Shown piece after piece: positions 22,976 through 38,500 of a stretch of DNA of 64,000 nt. The first letter of the stretch is position 1. The number at the start of each line of letters is the position of its first letter. Where the stretch lies: the NCBI GenBank assembly GCA_002269645.1, contig NIVC01000568.1, positions 124,001-188,000 on the forward strand, read 5' to 3'. Source of the stretch: Macrostomum lignano. Lineage: Eukaryota. A model generated the notes under the pieces. That model did not search any database, had not been told where the DNA came from, and saw nothing but the letters and a program-made list of their open reading frames with translations. Position numbers and translations under genes: made by a program.

Positions 22976-25604
22976 AACCCTCCAGTGCATTGATTTCTAG
23001 GAGGTTGATCTTCTGATCCGCTGAATCCGACTGCAATGGAAGTCTAGACAAAGTGTCTGCAGCGTACATCGTTTCACCCTTGACGTACATCACATTGTAA
23101 TCGTAAGCTCTTAACAGTAATGCCCATCGCTGAATCATTGCTGAAACTCGCTCGGAGACCTTGTTCGGATTAAATATGTACTGAAGCGGTCGGTGATCAG
23201 AAATGATGGTAAATTTTCGACCCGCGAGGTACTGATAAAAGTATCTGGTCCCTTCGACGATCGCTAACGCCTCCCGCTCAATGTTAGCGTAGTTGCTCTC
23301 CGCTGGAGTCAGGACTCGGCTGCCTAGCCAGACAACCTGTCGTTGCATTGGATCATGAGCTAGAACGTACCCGAGGCCATCCTTAGAGGCGTCACAAATC
23401 AAGTACAACGGTTTCGTAATGTCGTATGCGGTTATCACACCGCCTGCAATAATGCTCTTCAGCTTGTCGAATGCCGCAGACTGCTCTCCATGCCAACTCC
23501 AGTGAACTCCTTTCTTCAGCAGCTGATATAACGGTCGTGCAATCATTGAAAAGTTCTTGCAGAAGACGCCATAGTGTCGGAAGGTGCACAGAGCGCTGCG
23601 CAGTTGGTCTTTGTCTTTTGGATATGGTAACCTCTTCCACGCCTCCATTCGTGCTGGGTCGGGGTGCATGCCTCCATCGCGCAAAATTAAGCCAAGAAAT
23701 CGAACTTCTCTACGACATTCTTGAGACTTTCTCTGGTTAATCTTGAACCCGCAGTTTGCCAAACGATCCTTGACTTGACGAACCAGCTGCATGTGTTTTT
23801 CGGCTGAATCCTCAGGAGTCCCAATAATGATGTCATCCTGATATGAGGCTGTAAATGGTACATCCCGAAGAACTTCGTCCATGATTTCCTGAAATATTAG
23901 AGGCGCCGCGGAAATCCCGAATTGTAGATATCTGAATGCAAAGAATCCCATGTGAGTAGAAATGCATGTGAGCTCTTGGCTCTCAGGGGATAGAGCCACC
24001 TGTAAGAAGGCCTGTTCTAAGTCTAGGACCGTATAGAATTTAGCGTTGGGAATCTTAGCCAGGATCTCCTCCATCTTCGGAAACCTGTACTTGTCCACGT
24101 CAATAAGACGATTGAGCGTCATAGAGTAGTCGCCACACAGTCGAATAGGTCTTACTGATCCCTCGGGCTTGACCACTGGGACTATTGGCGCTGCAACAGT
24201 AGGATTCTTGACTGAATAGATGATTCCTGAAGCAAGAAGTCTTCTTAGTTCGGTTTCTACCATAGACTTCATGGAGAAAGGAAGTGAGCGAGCAGGAAAT
24301 CGCATGCCTTCCATACTCACACCCGAACGTAAGCGAAAGCTGGCAATGAAGTTTGAGTTTTGATCTCGGACGACTGGTAGGCACTTGTGTTCATTCGACA
24401 CTCGAACCGCTTGATCCATTCGCACTAGGTCTAGGGACGGTATGAAGTTCATGCCCAGAATAGCTGTTGTATCATGACCGACGTAGATGTTTTCTGAAGC
24501 AGACTTGCCACCAATAACCTGTAGCTTTGCCCCGTAGATGACAGAAGTGACCGTAGCTTGAAAACCTCCGGAAGATCTTAGTTTTTGGCTGACTGGCTGT
24601 AACTCTAAGCCTGAGCTCTTGGAGATTTGATCCGGAACCACGGTTACTTGGCTGCCGGTGTCCACAAGCATGTTGACTTCAGTTTTTCCTAGACGACACC
24701 GAACAAACCACTGATCTGAGTAACCCGTTTTTGGCTGTCTAACCGCATGAATGAGTTCCAGATGGTAAGAGCTAGTGTTCCCTGGTGAAGGGCTGCAGCT
24801 TGGCATTCGTTGGATTGCGTTCATAGCCTTTGATCTGCACACGGTAGCTAGATGTCCTACCTTGCCGCATTTATGGCACTTGGCTTCTTGGAACCTGCAT
24901 GCTGATCGTAGATGTCCCGATTTCCCACAGGTGTGACACTTAGCTGTTTTACCTTTAGGTTTGCCGCTCGACTGATTATGCAGATGTCCCTGAGGTTGCT
25001 TGAATGAGACAGAGCGTTGGGCACTGCAGCTTCTTGGTCTCGAGAATGTCCCAGCATTCTGCACATTAGCGATAGTTTCCGGCTTGTCTGTAGCAGTTGC
25101 AATTGACTCGGTCATGAGTCCCTCTTGAATAGCATCATTAAGCTCAAGCGTGCCTTTGGATAGCAGTTTTTGCCGCAGATTCTGACTACGAAGTCCGAAG
25201 ATAAACTGAGACAGGATCAGGTCTTCGCGCAATTCACCATATTGGCACTTGTTCGCCTGTTGCTTGAGCCGTGCAACGAAATTTGTAATGCTCTCCGCGT
25301 CCTTTTGAACAGTAGAATGGAACACATGTCGCTCATAATGAAGCAGAGCTTTCGGTTTGAAGTGCTCGAGCAAAGTGTCCTGAATCGACTTGAACGTAAC
25401 ACCGGCCTTGGTGATGTCTTCTGGTTTTATCAGCTCCTCCACCAGATTGAATGCAGATTCACCGCAGGTAGCCATTAGGACTGCTTTAGCTTGCTCATTC
25501 TTCTCAGTTGCCTCCAGGTAGAACAGAAGTCGTTTGAAGTATTGTTCTATCTCTGGGTAAGAAAGTGGCATCTCACCAAGACGGTACTCCATTGACTGAG
25601 CCAT
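22815..25604 (-). CDS. Gag-protease-RT-RNase H polyprotein (zero frame)
   Basis: CHTCGKSGHLRSAC and CHKCGKVGHLATVC knuckles, LVDTGS, LDLEQAFLQ, YQDD, CDASKDGLG, ADTLSRLP. The likely start is MAQSMEY at 25604, although the frame is open from 25826 inside the LTR. Confidence 0.95.
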   Translation of the reverse strand: MAQSMEYRLGEMPLSYPEIEQYFKRLLFYLEATEKNEQAKAVLMATCGESAFNLVEELIKPEDITKAGVTFKSIQDTLLEHFKPKALLHYERHVFHSTVQKDAESITNFVARLKQQANKCQYGELREDLILSQFIFGLRSQNLRQKLLSKGTLELNDAIQEGLMTESIATATDKPETIANVQNAGTFSRPRSCSAQRSVSFKQPQGHLHNQSSGKPKGKTAKCHTCGKSGHLRSACRFQEAKCHKCGKVGHLATVCRSKAMNAIQRMPSCSPSPGNTSSYHLELIHAVRQPKTGYSDQWFVRCRLGKTEVNMLVDTGSQVTVVPDQISKSSGLELQPVSQKLRSSGGFQATVTSVIYGAKLQVIGGKSASENIYVGHDTTAILGMNFIPSLDLVRMDQAVRVSNEHKCLPVVRDQNSNFIASFRLRSGVSMEGMRFPARSLPFSMKSMVETELRRLLASGIIYSVKNPTVAAPIVPVVKPEGSVRPIRLCGDYSMTLNRLIDVDKYRFPKMEEILAKIPNAKFYTVLDLEQAFLQVALSPESQELTCISTHMGFFAFRYLQFGISAAPLIFQEIMDEVLRDVPFTASYQDDIIIGTPEDSAEKHMQLVRQVKDRLANCGFKINQRKSQECRREVRFLGLILRDGGMHPDPARMEAWKRLPYPKDKDQLRSALCTFRHYGVFCKNFSMIARPLYQLLKKGVHWSWHGEQSAAFDKLKSIIAGGVITAYDITKPLYLICDASKDGLGYVLAHDPMQRQVVWLGSRVLTPAESNYANIEREALAIVEGTRYFYQYLAGRKFTIISDHRPLQYIFNPNKVSERVSAMIQRWALLLRAYDYNVMYVKGETMYAADTLSRLPLQSDSADQKINLLEINALEGFGNPNSYCRGSCELKITSWTCSRSTFKTAGLLIHHQLCCHIHAISWNTHSKTE

Positions 25605-25652
25605 TTTGAGGGCAGCAGGTGCGGAATTTTCCTCGACCCTCAGTTGCTTTTT

Positions 25653-25665
25653 ATCCTCGTCGCCA
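25653..25665 (-). other. Primer-binding site TGGCGACGAGGAT
   Basis: Immediately follows the 5' LTR; complementary to the 3' end (ATCCTCGTCG-CCA) of metazoan tRNA-Ser(GCT), from recalled tRNA sequence. Confidence 0.85.
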
Positions 25666-25882
25666 TGTTTTGTTTGAGGAACGCCAATGCAAGTCAATGA
25701 ATTATGGTAGTTTGAAATTAAGCTATATTTTAGCGGCAGCGCGCTCCTAGGGTCTTGTGCTCCTAAATGAAAAGATTCGAAGCTTAGCAAACAAAGGAGA
25801 GTACCGTATCGCGTCGCATAAACCATAGACTATTTTCGAAGTAAAAGTCTATACTTTGCATTAGCCATAGCAATACGCAACA
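25666..25882 (-). repeat. 5' LTR (217 bp)
   Basis: TG...CA ends, next to the PBS, identical to the 3' LTR. Confidence 0.98.
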
Positions 25883-26195
25883 GTGCCAACGCTAGAACCG
25901 GGGGAGGCGCTAACTCTAGAACCGGGGGAGGCGCTAACTCTAGAACCGGGGGGAGGCGCCAACGCTAGAACCGGGGGGAGGCGCCAAAGCTAGAACCGGG
26001 GAAGGCGCTAACTCTAGAACCGGGGAAGGCGCCAACGCTAGAACCGGGGGGAGGCGCCAAAGCTAGAACCGGGGAAGGCGCTAACTCTAGAACCGGGGGG
26101 AGGCGCCAACGCTAGAACCGGGGGAGGCGCTAACTCTAGGACCGGGGGAGGCGCCAACTCTAGGACCGGGGGAGGCGCTAACTCTAGAACTGGGG
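25883..26195. repeat. ~24-bp G-rich minisatellite (GGCGCTAACTCTAGAACCGGGGGA) interrupted in its first unit by the Gypsy element
   Basis: The start of the first unit (TAGAAACGGGGGGAGGTGCC) lies left of the element at ~21462-21481. Confidence 0.95.
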
Positions 26196-27114
26196 TGGGG
26201 GGGAATCTGAAAAGTAGGTGACAGATTCACAGACTGTTGGATAGACAGACTGCTATTCTTATAAATGGCTAAATAGTTTTTTTGCGTTTACAGACCGAAC
26301 GTTATGAGAAAATTTCATTAAAAGTTTCCATGAGTTCAATAATACCACCTAGAGATAGAGAAATGATATCATTACAAATGCAGAACAGTACGGCCGCTTA
26401 TGGGTTCACTCGTAAGTATCTGACTTTCTAGTGACGCTATTCTTAGAACTCTAAAGACTTCATAGACAAAAATTTGATCATAAAATCAATGATGAAGCTA
26501 TTTTAATTGTTTTTTGTGTCTGACAGAAATCTGGATCGAAAAAGTTTCCGTAGAAAAGCTTTGGCTTTTAGTCCGGTCTTCAATCTGATGCCAGGCACGA
26601 AGGAGCTACAGAAGCTATCAAAAAAACAAATTATTCGACTTGAATCAGGTTCTGCTCAGACATTGTGAACTTTTCCTCGGTAATATGAGAGCAGGTAGCC
26701 CGACAGGTTGTCCAGCAAATGGAAATGAGAAATATTTGATCTCGTTTTGGGGAATCGAAACCAGCAAGCAGACGTTGGGAAATCTCAGAGAGGAGATCTC
26801 AGTGTGAGGCAAAATAATTTTTTTGATGAGTAATGAATTATTCTGTACAGTAAATTTGTCCGTGTTTGAGCCAACTACGGACTTGCACTGCTCTGCCAAA
26901 ATTTCCGTCCCCGACCTGCCTATTGATCTTCGGACAAATTTACTGTACAGAATAATTCATTACTCATCAAAAAATTTCTTTTTGCCTCACACAAATATTT
27001 ATTATCGTCAGCCTCATTTTTTGTTCATTCTATTGAAATAAACCTGAAGATGTACCACGGATTGCGAAACGCGTCGACTTAAAAATGTTGATAGTTGGTT
27101 CTCTATTCTTCTCA

Positions 27115-27390
27115 GTGAGGAAATTTCATTAAGGAAGTCTCAGTGGGCAAATCTCAGTGGGCAGATCTCAGTGTGGAAATCTCAGTGGGGAGATCTCAGT
27201 AGGGGAAATCTCAGTGGGAAAATCTCAGTGTGGAAATCTCAGTGGGGAGATCTCAGTAGGGGAAATCTCAGTGGGGAAATCTCAATGGGGAAATTTCAAT
27301 GGGGAACTCTCATCGAGGAAGGGGAAATCTCAGTGGGGAAATCTCAAAGGAACACATAGTGGAATATCTCAGTGGGGAAATCTCAGGAAT
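27115..27390. repeat. ~14-bp degenerate repeat (GAAATCTCAGTGGG)
   Basis: Direct inspection. Confidence 0.85.
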
Positions 27391-27984
27391 CCTATTTTGG
27401 AAAATCGCATTTAAAATAAAAAAATTTCAAATATTTTATAACAGAGAAGTAATTAACTAGCCAATCGAAAATATTCGTCTTTTGCAGTGGATTCCTGTCG
27501 GACCCTACTAATAGTAGTTCAACTGATAGAATACTAGCAGAGTCGAGCGCAAAAGTTCTCTAGTTGCTATTTTGCGATGGCGTAAACAGAACTGGACAAG
27601 TGAAGGAGATCGGCGCTGCTTGCATTTTTAGCTGACGGTTGTTTCGCTTCACGGGGAGGGGGGCATTCAGCAAACTAAATTTGTACAATGAATGCTGGCA
27701 AGAGAGTGGATTGCTCACTGTCTAGAAATGAGCTGTTTTGAGAAGGCTCCAATACCCGACACAGTAGCTTCAAGAGTAAGAAGGTCGCTAAGTGTTAGGC
27801 AACTCGCGCCTCCGCCAAAGGACAGCTCAGGCAACCTAGATTTGCACAGATATGGCCTGGGACAGAATTGAAAAACTCTTAGACTTGAGTCTGGTTTGCA
27901 CCGAGCCAGCCGAGTACGGAGCGGACGGAGGTCTCTGTGGAAGTTTGCAAGCAAAAAATAATTTCAATTTGCTGCCAGCTTTGT

Positions 27985-28370
27985 GACACAAACTCCACAA
28001 GCACAAACTCTGCAGCCACAAACTCCACAAGCACAAACTCTGCAACCACAAACTCCACAACCACAAACTCCACAACCACAAACTCCACAACCACAAACTC
28101 CACAACCACAAACTCCACAGCCACAAACTCCACAACCACAAACTCAACAGCCACAAACTCCACAACCACAAACTCCACAGCCACAAACTCTGCAGTCACA
28201 AACTCCACAACCACAAACTCCACAAGCACAAACTCCGCAACTACAAACTCCGCAACCACAAACTCCGCAACCACAAACTCCGCAACCACAAACTCCGCAA
28301 CCACAAACTCCGCAACCACAAACTCCGCAACCACAAACTCCGCAACCACAAACTCCGCAACCACAAATAA
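27985..28370. repeat. 15-bp minisatellite (AAACTCCGCAACCAC)
   Basis: About 25 copies; translates as TNSAT on +, coding status unproven. Confidence 0.95.
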
Positions 28371-28976
28371 CTCCACAATAACAAACGCTTCTGCACTAAT
28401 ACTTGTTTGCGCGGAGTACAAATGAAGATTAAAGAGAGACTTAAACTACACCATGGCTCGCATTTAAAGGTGAAATAAGAACGCTCCACCCACCCACACC
28501 ATAGTCACGAAACCCCCACGGTCCTTGGGTGCATTGGTTGGCTCTATTAGCAGGTTAGCTGTGCAGGGAAGGGGGGTGGTCAGAGGCCGAGCTTAGAGTC
28601 TCATGCTGCACTTCTTTTAGAGAATTCTAAAAAAAGAAATTGAAACTGTTATGATTGTGAAAGAAAGCGAACAAACGATAGAAGGAGACAGGAGAGAGAG
28701 AGAGAGAGAGATAACAGAAACAGAGACTCAGTCATAACCTTCAGTTCTTCACTAGTAGGAGGCCCAGGGAAGGAAGGGGGAATGCGAGATTCTCTCGAGT
28801 GCGCCTAATCGCCAACAAGCAGTAGATGCGAGTATTTTCAAAGCATCTTCAAAAGACACTACTGAGAGGAGAGATGAGAAGGTAGAGAGGTTGCCGCAGG
28901 CCCAATCTGTTCACAGGTGCTGCAGGTTGTCGGACAGAAGAATTGAGCAGCCCAGGGTTGCCGCGGAGAGCCGGCC

Positions 28977-28984
28977 TATTTATA
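28977..28984 (+). promoter_or_regulatory. Candidate TATA box (TATTTATA) for the P450 gene
   Basis: AT island in GC-rich context ~105 bp upstream of the ATG; position only. Confidence 0.4.
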
Positions 28985-29088
28985 GCCCGCAGTCACGGGT
29001 TACTTCTGCTTCTACCGACCGACTCCAAGTGCAGAGAAGCTGCAACTATTGACATTGAGGAAAATTTGAGCACAGACTGCGTGAAGAC

Positions 29089-33303
<4,215 letters not shown>

Positions 33304-34239
33304 GAAGCCAGAGCCGAAATGCTGGTTGCTCAATCACTCAGAAAGCTCCATTGTTTGGAGTAAATAATGTTTTGTATCACAAGACAAGACAAATGGCCTG
33401 AACCGGTTTACAAAGCCTCACAAAGGGTAGTGTAAACTTGTTAGTGTAGATCCCAGAGGTTAGTGTAAACTTGTTAGTGTAGAATGAAAATCCGTTTTAA
33501 CTTCCGTACGATACACCTTTTTGACTTCATTATGCGAAATTTCTAAAATTTATTTAATCGAGAACTAAGAGACCAGCAAGTGTATAGCCGTACCCTATAG
33601 GAATTGATTTTACATTTTGCCTCTTATTTCTTCCAAATAAATCTTATAGTAGTAGCATTTTTCAAGCTGAGAAAAAGCTTTATGGAGTTTGTAAACTGCA
33701 CACGGTGAATTTTTGTTTTATACTACTTTGAAGTAATTTTGTTAATCTATTTTATATTATTTTGTTATCCAGCGATTTTTCAATATTTTTATAACATGAA
33801 TATGCCCGTTCTGCGTACTCTATGTACTTTAAATCCCGGCCAAATGCTTTACCAAAATCTTTTTAAGTTGCTCAATTGCGTCCTGAGCCGTATTTATTGT
33901 ACTCCTCTGTTTAAAGTACAAACCACTACCCGTGCTAATTAAAGACTTTTATCTTTTAAAAACGGTGTCTATCTTTATGGCTCATTTCTTTTTATCAGTA
34001 CACGAGACAAATTTCGTGATAAATTTCCGTTTTAATTCAAGCAGCACAGACGCTACTGTCAGTAGAGCAATAAGTTTGCATCCTGTAAAAACTGAATAAA
34101 AATTCAAATATACAGCCAAATTTCAAGTTGCCAGCGCGTTGCACCTTTTTTACGGGTACAAATTTAATAAGACTTGATTTCAATTTTGACAATTCAAATT
34201 TCTTTGAGTTAAGGTAAAAAGGATTCAATTGCCTCAATC

Positions 34240-34535
34240 AACCCATGTCCTCAACCTGATCAACGCATGTCCTCAGCCTCATTAACCCATGTCCTCAACC
34301 TCATTAACCCATGTCCTCAGCCTCATCAACGCATGTCCTCAGCCTCATTAACCCATGTCCTCAACCTCATTAACCCATGTCCTCAGCCTCATCAACGCAT
34401 GTCCTCAACCTCATTAACCCATGTCCTCAACCTCATTAACCCATGTCCTCAGCCTCATCAACGCATGTCCTCAGCCTCATCAACCCATGTCCTCAGCCTC
34501 ATCAACGCATGTCCTCAGCCTCATCAACCCATGTC
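34240..34535. repeat. 22-bp minisatellite (CCTCATCAACGCATGTCCTCAG)
   Basis: Direct inspection. Confidence 0.95.
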
Positions 34536-35582
34536 AACCCAAGCACTAAATAGACAATGTCTCACCTGCTGGAATGATGTTCCTTTCTCTAAAGTGTCTA
34601 AAGAGAGAACTTTTCTTTACCTCTCTCAGCTACACAGTGAAAAAAACAGTTTCCAAAAGCTGTGAATGACAGCACATGTGCATTTTTACGCATCAAATAT
34701 ATGAATATTTTAATAAATTCTCTGTTACTGCCGTATATTTTTGAAAACTGAATTTACAAAAAGGAACAAAAATAAAGAAAAGGGAACAATGTACTTTAAG
34801 AATATTGTCAGCTAGTAAAATTAACTACGCAAAATTTATTTAACTTCCGCTGATATAGGCAGAAAAAAGTATTAAATTTTGAAGCCAGCAATCCAACACT
34901 GTCAACTGATTGGTAATCGTAAAATTTTGTTTAAAGTGAACTGAGATATTTAGATAGCTAAACTACTTCAAGATAGAGCTCAGATAAGGCAGGCGATGGG
35001 GGAGTGGGGTTTGTGAAAAGGGACAGAGAGTGTACATTCAGCCTATGGAGCTTGTACAGCCAGCCAATCAGCGATTTGGAGGAAGTCGATGATAAAGAAA
35101 CTGGAGGAGGTGGGTGGACTACGAGCTATTTATCGGCCAGGCAGCCAGTCAGCGACGATTATAGCAAATGGCTAGAGTCGAAGCTGTACATTCAATGGGC
35201 TAGGGTTGAAAGTACATGCAATGGGCTAGAGTTGAAAGTACATTCAAGGAGTTTTAAAGTTTAGGGAGTAAGAGGGAAAAATTAAAAGCGCATTTGGAAT
35301 CGGATTAAACATTGAACATATTTTTCATTCCAGTCATAAAAGGCAAATAAGGTGTAAGCAACTATACCAGAAATAAAAAAGTCTGCTCGTACATACCACG
35401 TCACTTTTCTCTTGCACTACTTATCTTACGAATCGTGTAAGTAGTAAAAATGACACAGCTCATTACATGTAATTAAATTCCAAATTTGAAACTAATCCAT
35501 TCACTTTATTTTCAGTTAGAAAACAATAAAAATGAACTTAGGAAGGCCCACAGTCCAACCAAAACAGTCTTTTGAGTATCGA

Positions 35583-38500
35583 CTACTGCAATGCTGCCCG
35601 GATGTGCCTGTAGTGTTCAGCGATACCGGTCGCATCCTCGTCTGACTGTGGCGAGTCGCCCAGACCGGCCGCCGCCAGCAGCTCCGCTGTCTTGGAGTCG
35701 AACTCGCCAATCTGGACAATTAAAATTGTTTTATAAATCTAGACGTATTCTTTCACCGCTAGATTCCCATGCTTTGCACTCATTATCTTAACTGTCATGA
35801 TAGCACCGCACCTAGCTTGACGAAAATGGCGCCTATCTCAGTCATAATGACATATATCTCAGTGATAATGGCACCTATATCAGTCATAATGGCACCCATC
35901 TCAGTCATAATGGCACCCATCTCAGTCATAATGGCACCCATCTCAGTCATAATGGCACCCATCTCAGTCATAATGGCACCCATCTCAGTCATAATGGCAC
36001 CCATCTCAGTCATAATGGCACCCATCTCAGTCATAATGGCACCCATCTCAGTCATAACAATATGTACCTCAGTGATAATGGTACCTATCTCACTAAAAGG
36101 AATCTTTTTCCTGTTAATGACACCCCATACCCTGATAAGTGGCACCCCATACCCTGATAAGTGGCACCCCACACCCTGATAAGTGGCACCCCATACCCTG
36201 ATAAGTGGCACCCCATACCCTGATAAGTGGCACCCCATACCCTGATAAGTGGCACCCCATACCCTGATAAGTGGTACCCCATACCCTGATAAGTGGCACC
36301 CCATACCTTCTCCCTATCGCCAAGCACAAAGTACAGCATCAGCAGGCACAGCGCCGTCTTGGCCGTGTACATTCGCCGACTCTCCCAAACAGACTCGGCC
36401 TCGGAGCCGCTATCGACTGCCTCTGAGGTCTCCACCAGCAGAGAGTAGATGGAGTGCAGGATTTTCAGCGCTTCCGCCTGCTGGGCCTCGTCTGGATCAG
36501 TGAATAAAAAATTACAAGTTTCGCTTTTTTGTCTTGTTTTGTGGGTCTTTAAAAAATAGCTCAATTTTCTTATTTTTCTACTATTAGTAGACTAAATGGG
36601 TTGTAGGCTTGGAGGGAAAAATGAAACCTTTCGCCGTTTAAAGTTACTATTAAAATAAAGCCAATAAATTTGATAACACGAGCGTAGATTCCCAATCACT
36701 TACTTTAATCTCGCCATCCTGTATAACAAATAACATTATTAACTACAGTAGGGGTCAAAATAAAAAAATGTAAACAAAATAAGCGGGCAGTAGTGCGGTA
36801 GAAGCGCTATAGAATTTATCAATTCAAACAGATGATTGTTCACTCAGTATGAAAAGTGGAACGTAACGGAAAATGAAACTTAAAATAGGCTGTAGGTATG
36901 ATAAAAATATTTCTGTATAATAAAGAGGGCAATAAATCAAGTTTTATTTAAAAACTAAAAATACTGTCTGTAGTTTTCCTACTTTATATCCATTTCTCAA
37001 AGTGACATTTTGAATATTTCTTCAAATGGCAAACTCGAGGTTGGTTGAGAAATTAACTGCTAATTGGGGCTAAAGACTTACCCGAAAACGCGTCTGAAAC
37101 AGGTTTTGAAAAATTGATATGGTTTTACATTAAAATAAGGCAGGTTTAGCGACAAAACTTATTTCAAGGATTTTGTTATACACGTATAATCATGCTTTTT
37201 ATGGAAGTGGAAGTTCCCGTGGATGGGCAAGGAAGAGAGGATGCAGTTCCCGTGGATAGACAAGGAAGAGAGGATGCAGTTCCCGTGGATAGACAAGGAA
37301 GAGAGGATGCAGTTCCCGTGGATAGACAAGGAAGAGAGGATGCAGTTCCCGTGGATAGACAAGGAAGAGGGGATGCAGTTCCCGTGGATAGACAAGGAAG
37401 AGAGGATGCAGTTCCCGTGGATAGACAAGGAAGAAGGGGATGCAGTTCCCGTGGATAGACAAGAAAGAGGGGATGCAGTTACTTTTTTATAAACAAGAAG
37501 GGATACAGTCGTCACGAATTTTACTGCCAATTCCCCACTGATCCCAGGAATTCAATGAAGCCGTTACTTCACATCAAAAGTGCACGCTAAATTGGTACAA
37601 TTGTCTGTGCATCGCGCAGGAAGGCTACAGCTGCTAGTATTTGCAACCTGCCCCAGCAAGTACAGTTGTCAACCATCGCTCACCAAGGTGCTCTTTTTCC
37701 TCTTGGGTAATCTCGGCCACAACCTCGCCAAGGCCGTCTGGAATGTCGGGCGGCGCAGTCATGGCTTGGACAATGCGCCACAGGTGGTCGTACCAGATGT
37801 CAATTACCTGCGAGAGTGAGCAGTCGGGATAGGTGAGGTTGCTTAATTAATGCCTTTATTTTATTAGAAACGTTGTTAGCCAGAGGTTTGCAAGCCGACG
37901 TGTCCCAGTCTATATTTTCCTTTAACAGCCCCAGCTATATGATTTTCAAGTAAATTACGCTCAATATCTATGCTGATTACATGTCTTGAATCCACTACAG
38001 ACACATAGGTACATAGCTAGGCATGCTTAGGTTGCCATGCAGGAGTTGCGCCAGCACCCATTACAGCCACTTCAAGATCCCTGTGCACCAGAGCAGGACT
38101 CACCCGTCCAAACAGGTCATAGGCAATCTCCTGCTTGTTCTTGTACATGAAAATATTTGCCATGCTGAAGTAGCCACCGGACACGCGGATGTCCTCTGTG
38201 CCGTATTCGTCTGAGGCATGGAAGATCTGCGGGAAAATGGTCAGTAAATTTGACAGTAAGCGCATGTCTCCCTCAGTGTCTTCCTCAGTGTCTCCCTCAG
38301 TGTCTCCCTTAGTGTCTTCCTCAGTGTCTCCCTCAGTGTCTCACTCAGTGTCTTCCTCAGTGTCTCCCTCAGTGTCTCCCCCAGTGTCTCCCTCAGTGTC
38401 TCCCTCAGTGTCTCCCTCAGTGTCTCCCTCAGTGTCTCCCTCAGTGTCTCACTCAGTGTCTCCCCCAGTGTCTCCCTCAGTGTCTCCCTCAGTGTCTCCC

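Larger units (their letters stand above)
21482..25882 (-). mobile_element. Full-length Ty3/Gypsy (Mag-like) LTR retrotransposon, 4401 bp
   Basis: Two identical 217-bp LTRs with TG...CA ends; GTGCC TSD at 21477-21481 and 25883-25887; PBS; G-rich tract beside the 3' LTR. Domain order is gag (two CCHC knuckles), protease (VDTGS), RT (YQDD), RNase H, integrase. Confidence 0.98.
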
